From assembly GCA_029263795.1 (NCBI GenBank), contig JAJUFI010000002.1, positions 454 through 64,453 on the forward strand: a DNA stretch of 64,000 nt. Reading direction: 5' to 3'. Below the pieces are notes generated by a model. It searched no databases. It was given only the letters and a program-made list of their open reading frames with translations, and was not told the origin of the DNA. Position numbers and translations under genes: made by a program. Source of the DNA: Alcaligenaceae bacterium. Its GTDB lineage: Bacteria > Pseudomonadota > Gammaproteobacteria > Burkholderiales > Burkholderiaceae_B. This document shows positions 60,449-64,000 of the stretch, one piece after another. Each line of letters begins with the position of its first letter. Position 1 is the stretch's first letter.

Positions 60449-60483
60449 AGTGCACAAGGCTGCGCAATTCGCGGGCGGGTGGC

Positions 60484-60516
60484 CAAAAGCAAGACGGCGG
60501 GCCGTGTGGCCCGCCG
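60484..60516 (-). terminator. rho-independent terminator after dksA
   Basis: 9-bp stem CGGCGGGCC/GGCCCGCCG (60495-60516), loop GTGT; minus strand continues TCTTGCTTTTGG. Confidence 0.7.
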
Positions 60517-60533
60517 CAAGAAGAAGGAAGAGG

Positions 60534-60977
60534 TCAGTCGCCGTAGAGTTTCTGGCGTTTTTCGCGCCTTTCCTGGGCTTCCAGGGAAAGGGTGGCGGTG
60601 GGGCGGGCCAGCAGCCGTGCGATACCGATGGGTTCGCCGGTTTCCTCGCACCAGCCGTATTCGCCGGCGTCGATGCTGGCGATGGCCTGTTGAACTTTTT
60701 TCAGCAGCTTGCGTTCACGGTCGCGGGTGCGCAGTTCCAGTGCGTGTTCTTCCTCGATGGTGGCACGGTCGGCCGGATCGGGAACGAACTGGGTTTCGCG
60801 CAGGTTTTCGGTTGTGGCGCCCGCGTTGTTGAGGATTTCCTGCTCGAGCTCTTTCAGACGATTGCGAAAGAAGGCCAGCTGAACTGGGTTCATGTATTCG
60901 GACTCAGGCATGGCCAGGAGCTCTTCTTCCGTGGGAAGTTGTTCCGGAGTCAAGACGTTGGCTGTTTTGCTAACCAT
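60534..60977 (-). CDS. dksA: RNA-polymerase-binding transcription factor DksA, 1-Cys (zinc-finger-less) type
   Basis: 147 aa; coiled-coil tip DPADRATIEEE (DxxDxA), LELRTRDRERKLLKK; finger region reads CEET-x17-SLEA instead of CxxC-x17-CxxC. Confidence 0.85.
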   Translation of the reverse strand: MVSKTANVLTPEQLPTEEELLAMPESEYMNPVQLAFFRNRLKELEQEILNNAGATTENLRETQFVPDPADRATIEEEHALELRTRDRERKLLKKVQQAIASIDAGEYGWCEETGEPIGIARLLARPTATLSLEAQERREKRQKLYGD

Positions 60978-61046
60978 GGTGCATCCTCTTTCTTCTAATG
61001 TGATGTCAAGGCCCGTGCGCGACGCGCGATTGCTGCGAAAGCCGGC

Positions 61047-62153
61047 TCAGACCAGACATTGTTCCAGACCCCGCGTGAAAATTTCTTGGGGCAGTTTACG
61101 TCCTATGAATACCATTTTGGTATTAGGCTTTTCACCCGAGAGCCAGGGTTTGCCAGGTTCAGCACCCATCATCATGTGCACACCCTGGAACAGCATCCGG
61201 CGGTTGATGCCCTTCAGGTAAAGAATGCCCTTATAACGCAGCAGGTCGGGCCCGTAAACCTGAATTATGCCGCCCAGGAATTCTTCCAGGCGTTCAGGGT
61301 CAAACGGCCGGTTCGAACGGAAAACAAAGGCTCCGATCTCGTCCTGGTGCGCGTGGTGATGATGGTGGTGGCCGTGGCCATGGCCATGGTGGCTGCAGTG
61401 CTCGCCACACTCACCTTCGTGATCGTGGTGATGGTGGTCGTGCGCTGCATCCGGGTGTTCTTCGGCAAGAAAATCCGGGTCGATATCGAGGATGGTGTTC
61501 AGGTTGAACCCGCTGATGTCCAGCAGCGCCTTCAGATCGGTCTCGCCAAAGTGAACCGGCGTGACCGAGGCGCGGGGGTTAATGCGCAGCAGGCGTGCGC
61601 GCAAGGCCTGATATTCCTCTTCCGAGACCAGATCTTTCTTTGAGACAAGAATACGGTCGGCGAAACCAGCCTGCTTCTGTGCCTCTTCCTGACGGTCGAG
61701 AGTTTCCATGCCGTGCTTGGCGTCGACAACGGTGATGACGGCATCCAGCCGGTAGTAATCCGCGATATCGTCATCCATGAAGAAAGTCTGGCACACGGGG
61801 CCAGGGTTGGCCATGCCGGTGGTTTCGATGATGACGCGTTCGAAATTCAGTTGCCCGGACATGCGGCGCAGGCGTAGATCGTTCAGTGTGCGCATCAGGT
61901 CACCACGCACGGTGCAGCAAACACAGCCGTTGCTCAGCTCAACAATTTCCTCCTCCGAATCTTGAATGAGGAGGTCGTTGTCTATGCTTTCCGGGCCGAA
62001 TTCATTTTCAATGACGGCTATGCGCTTGCCGTGGAATTCAGTAAGAATGCGCTTAAGCAGGGTGGTTTTGCCCGCACCGAGAAAGCCGGTCAGAATGGTG
62101 ACGGGCACCATGTCCTGAACACGCGGTTTTCCAACGTTTACGGCTTGGCTCAT
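61047..62153 (-). CDS. COG0523-family GTPase (CobW/YeiR/ZigA-like putative zinc metallochaperone) with His-rich insert
   Basis: 368 aa; P-loop [11 protein letters not shown], CxCC motif GCVCCT, His-rich stretch [32 protein letters not shown]; directly downstream of zur. Confidence 0.85.
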   Translation of the reverse strand: MSQAVNVGKPRVQDMVPVTILTGFLGAGKTTLLKRILTEFHGKRIAVIENEFGPESIDNDLLIQDSEEEIVELSNGCVCCTVRGDLMRTLNDLRLRRMSGQLNFERVIIETTGMANPGPVCQTFFMDDDIADYYRLDAVITVVDAKHGMETLDRQEEAQKQAGFADRILVSKKDLVSEEEYQALRARLLRINPRASVTPVHFGETDLKALLDISGFNLNTILDIDPDFLAEEHPDAAHDHHHHDHEGECGEHCSHHGHGHGHHHHHHAHQDEIGAFVFRSNRPFDPERLEEFLGGIIQVYGPDLLRYKGILYLKGINRRMLFQGVHMMMGAEPGKPWLSGEKPNTKMVFIGRKLPQEIFTRGLEQCLV

Positions 62154-62225
62154 GCTTGTCTTCTCTCGATGGTCCGGCCTGCGGCCGGGAAAAATCCAGT
62201 CTGCGATTACATCACAGCGTTCCGC

Positions 62226-62696
62226 TTAGGGCAAACTTCCTTCACACCCCTTGCAGAGCCCTCTCAATTCCATTTCGTGACCTGACAGCCTGAAGCCGGC
62301 TTCGGCCACTTTTTCTGCGAGGCGCCGGGTGAGTGAAGGGTCGCTCAGCTCAGCAACTGAACCGCAAGCAGTACAGACAACCAGAAGGTCGTGAGGTTCG
62401 CCGCCTGCATCGTGGCACGCAGCCCAGGCATTGATGGCATCCAGCCGGTGAGCCAGGCCTTCTTCCACCAGGAAGTCGAGAGCCCGATAAACGGTGGGCG
62501 GTGCTGCACCGGCCTGATCGTCGCGCATCAGCTCTAGCAATTCGTATGCCTTCACGCTGCGCCCCTGTTGCAGGAGGATTTCCAGCACCCGGCGCCGCAG
62601 GGGCGTGAGGCGGCTGCCGCGTGATTCACAGAGTGCCTGGGCAATTTCAAGCCTGGCCTCTACCCGGGCCTGGGTGGAGGGCGTCTGGGTTGTCAT
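62226..62696 (-). CDS. zur: Fur-family zinc uptake regulator
   Basis: 156 aa; winged helix, CxxC pairs (VCTACG, CKGCEG); genomic context with COG0523 and znuCB. Confidence 0.8.
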   Translation of the reverse strand: MTTQTPSTQARVEARLEIAQALCESRGSRLTPLRRRVLEILLQQGRSVKAYELLELMRDDQAGAAPPTVYRALDFLVEEGLAHRLDAINAWAACHDAGGEPHDLLVVCTACGSVAELSDPSLTRRLAEKVAEAGFRLSGHEMELRGLCKGCEGSLP

Positions 62697-62726
62697 GTTG
62701 GAACCGCATTTGGTCTTGAGATAAGG

Positions 62727-62740
62727 TATGTTATAACATA
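62727..62740. promoter_or_regulatory. candidate Zur box (AT-rich 14-bp perfect palindrome TATGTTATAACATA)
   Basis: Contains the TGTTAT/ATAACA half-sites typical of Zur/Fur-family operators; 31 nt upstream of zur ATG, in the zur<>znuC divergent region. Confidence 0.65.
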
Positions 62741-62895
62741 ACGGATTCTGAATCCTTGTCCTTCATCATGGTTCCCCTAGTCCCGGTTTCTCCTTCCCGG
62801 CGCTCCAGCCGGCGGGCGTCAGTTCTGCTTGCGTCCTGCGCCACGCGCGTGGGCGTTGCCCTCGCGGCCGTAGGGGGAATCTGGCTCTGCACAGC

Positions 62896-63651
62896 ATGGG
62901 CATTGGGGTGGCTTTGATGGCGGCAAACCCTCTTCCAGACACTCCGATCTCAGCCATCGAGCTTGAGGAACTCAGCCTCGGCTGGCGCGACAAGGTCGCC
63001 GTGCGAAATCTCAGCGGCTGTTTCCCCCAGGGGTCGCTCACCGCCCTGGTGGGGCCCAATGGGGCGGGCAAGTCCACCCTGCTGCGCGGTATCATGGGCT
63101 GGGTCACACCACTGAGCGGGCACATTCGCCTGATGGGCAGTTCGGCTCCAGCCTTCATGCCGCAGCAAGGTGATTTTGACAAAACCTTTCCCATCAGCAC
63201 ACATGACTTTGTCGCCATGGGTGCCTGGCGGCGAGTCGGGCCGTGGCGCGGCTTCGGTCGTGGCGAGCGCGAGCGCCTGGAAAGCGCCCTGCAGGCCGTA
63301 GGCCTGTCGGATTTCGGGCGGCGCCCCCTGGCCACTTTGTCCGGCGGGCAGTTGCAGCGGGCGCTGTTCGCGCGCCTCATGCTGCACGATGCCGACACCT
63401 ACATGCTGGACGAGCCTTTCTCCGCCGTGGATCGCGCCACCACGGAAGATCTCATGAGTCTTCTGCTGGAATGGAACCGTGCGGGCAAGACTGTCATCGT
63501 CGTACTGCATGATCTGGACCTCGTGCGCCGCCATTTTCCCCAGACCCTTCTGCTGGCGGGGCAATGTGTGGGCTGGGGCGCTACCGATGAAGTGCTTACG
63601 CCGGAAAACCTGCATCTGGCGCGTCACCTTTGTGCCGGGGATTACCTGTGA
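62896..63651 (+). CDS. znuC: zinc ABC transporter ATP-binding protein
   Basis: Walker A GPNGAGKSTLL, signature LSGGQLQRALFARL, Walker B YMLDEPFSAVD; start ATG 62896 or ATG 62917. Confidence 0.85.
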   Translation: MGIGVALMAANPLPDTPISAIELEELSLGWRDKVAVRNLSGCFPQGSLTALVGPNGAGKSTLLRGIMGWVTPLSGHIRLMGSSAPAFMPQQGDFDKTFPISTHDFVAMGAWRRVGPWRGFGRGERERLESALQAVGLSDFGRRPLATLSGGQLQRALFARLMLHDADTYMLDEPFSAVDRATTEDLMSLLLEWNRAGKTVIVVLHDLDLVRRHFPQTLLLAGQCVGWGATDEVLTPENLHLARHLCAGDYL

Positions 63652-64000
63652 TCGGTCTCGAAGTGCTGTATCAGCCGTTTGTTGAATTCGGTTTCATGCG
63701 CAGGGCGCTGGCCGGCGCGGCTGCCCTTGCCATGGCGGCGGGGCCCCTGGGGGTGTTTCTGGTGCTGCGGCGTATGAGCCTGATGGGCGATGCCATGGCT
63801 CACGCCATTCTGCCTGGCGTGGCGGTAGGTTTCCTGACGGCAGGCATGTCCGTGACCGCCATGACGGTAGGCGGCATGATTACCGGCCTGGCCGTGGCTC
63901 TGCTGGCAGCCGCAGTGGCCCGGCTCACGCCCCAGCGGGAAGATGCCAGCTTCGCCGCGTTCTACCTTGTGTCACTGGGCGTGGGTGTACTGCTCATCTC
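63648..64000 (+). CDS. znuB: zinc ABC transporter permease, N-terminal part (3' end outside window)
   Basis: GTG 63648 overlaps znuC stop; reads VIGLEVLYQPFVEFGFMRRALAGAAALAMAAGPLGVFLVLRRMSLMGDAMAHAILPGVA..., typical ZnuB/ABC-3 permease. Confidence 0.8.
   Translation, partial: MIGLEVLYQPFVEFGFMRRALAGAAALAMAAGPLGVFLVLRRMSLMGDAMAHAILPGVAVGFLTAGMSVTAMTVGGMITGLAVALLAAAVARLTPQREDASFAAFYLVSLGVGVLLI

Noticed and set aside
61330-61450. Short-period repetitive DNA (gtggtg/atggcc units), considered as a tandem repeat or array.
   Set aside because: It is fully explained as the His/Gly codon run of the His-rich insert in the COG0523 protein. It is in frame and inside a well-supported CDS.
62174-62188. 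Hairpin CCGGCC-tgc-GGCCGG between zur and the COG0523 gene, considered as a terminator separating the two.
   Set aside because: On the transcribed (minus) strand the T-run precedes rather than follows the stem, so it does not look like an intrinsic terminator. It is treated as an intercistronic structure only.
62766-63398. 210-aa minus-strand ORF across the znuC promoter and 5' region.
   Set aside because: It is antisense to a clear ZnuC ATPase, has Arg/Pro/Ser-rich low-complexity composition, and shows no start context.
1-64000. Screen for CRISPR arrays, IS elements/transposases, integrases, prophage genes, toxin-antitoxin pairs, restriction-modification or other defence systems, rRNA/tRNA genes and riboswitch-sized conserved leaders.
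   Set aside because: None was recognisable by eye. All intergenic gaps are about 200 nt or shorter, and are accounted for by promoters, operators, hairpins or terminators. A covariance-model (Rfam) and defence-HMM scan would be needed to exclude small or divergent elements.

Overview
High-GC (roughly 62-63%) chromosomal segment. Gene content and synteny look betaproteobacterial (Burkholderiales-like), inferred from blocks such as birA-coaX, dacC-dat-ybeD-lipB, dprA<>def-fmt and hslVU-dksA-COG0523-zur<>znuCB. About 65 tightly packed genes, mostly housekeeping or metabolic. I found no rRNA/tRNA genes, CRISPR arrays, transposases, integrases, phage genes or recognisable defence/toxin modules.

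Gene order:
- glgB(partial)-glgX-treZ-malQ-treY glycogen-to-trehalose operon
- gdh, then a Crp-family regulator
- a HAAT-type ABC importer flanked by two adenylate-forming CoA ligases
- secreted rhodanese, YeeE-family protein and a 54-aa ORF
- orphan amino-acid binding protein, HMG-CoA lyase, dprA<>def-fmt, gamma-CA, DMT, waaC-waaA, galU, coaX-birA, dacC-dat-ybeD-lipB-(enoyl-CoA hydratase)-lipA, pntAA-AB-B
- a small nitrite-reductase island: FGE/NirV-like gene, Dnr/NnrR-like regulator, nirK, cytochrome c5
- a Dpp-type ABC importer translationally coupled to an N-formylglutamate-amidohydrolase-family gene, with an RpiR regulator and a class-III aminotransferase
- an orphan FlhE-like secreted protein, PduO-type adenosyltransferase, CusF-like protein
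- hslVU, dksA (1-Cys type), COG0523 GTPase, zur<>znuC-znuB(partial)

I do not see a convincing, wholly new multi-gene system; this looks like core genome. The best leads are:
1. Two promoters with the same TTG-N8-CAA box and identical downstream architecture, tying the NirV-like gene to nirK.
2. A zur-COG0523-dksA arrangement in which DksA lacks the Cys4 zinc finger.
3. The secreted-rhodanese/YeeE/mini-protein cluster.
4. Two transporter-plus-enzyme modules with unknown substrates.
5. An FlhE-like protein outside any flagellar context.

All family assignments come from motif recognition by eye, not from database searches.
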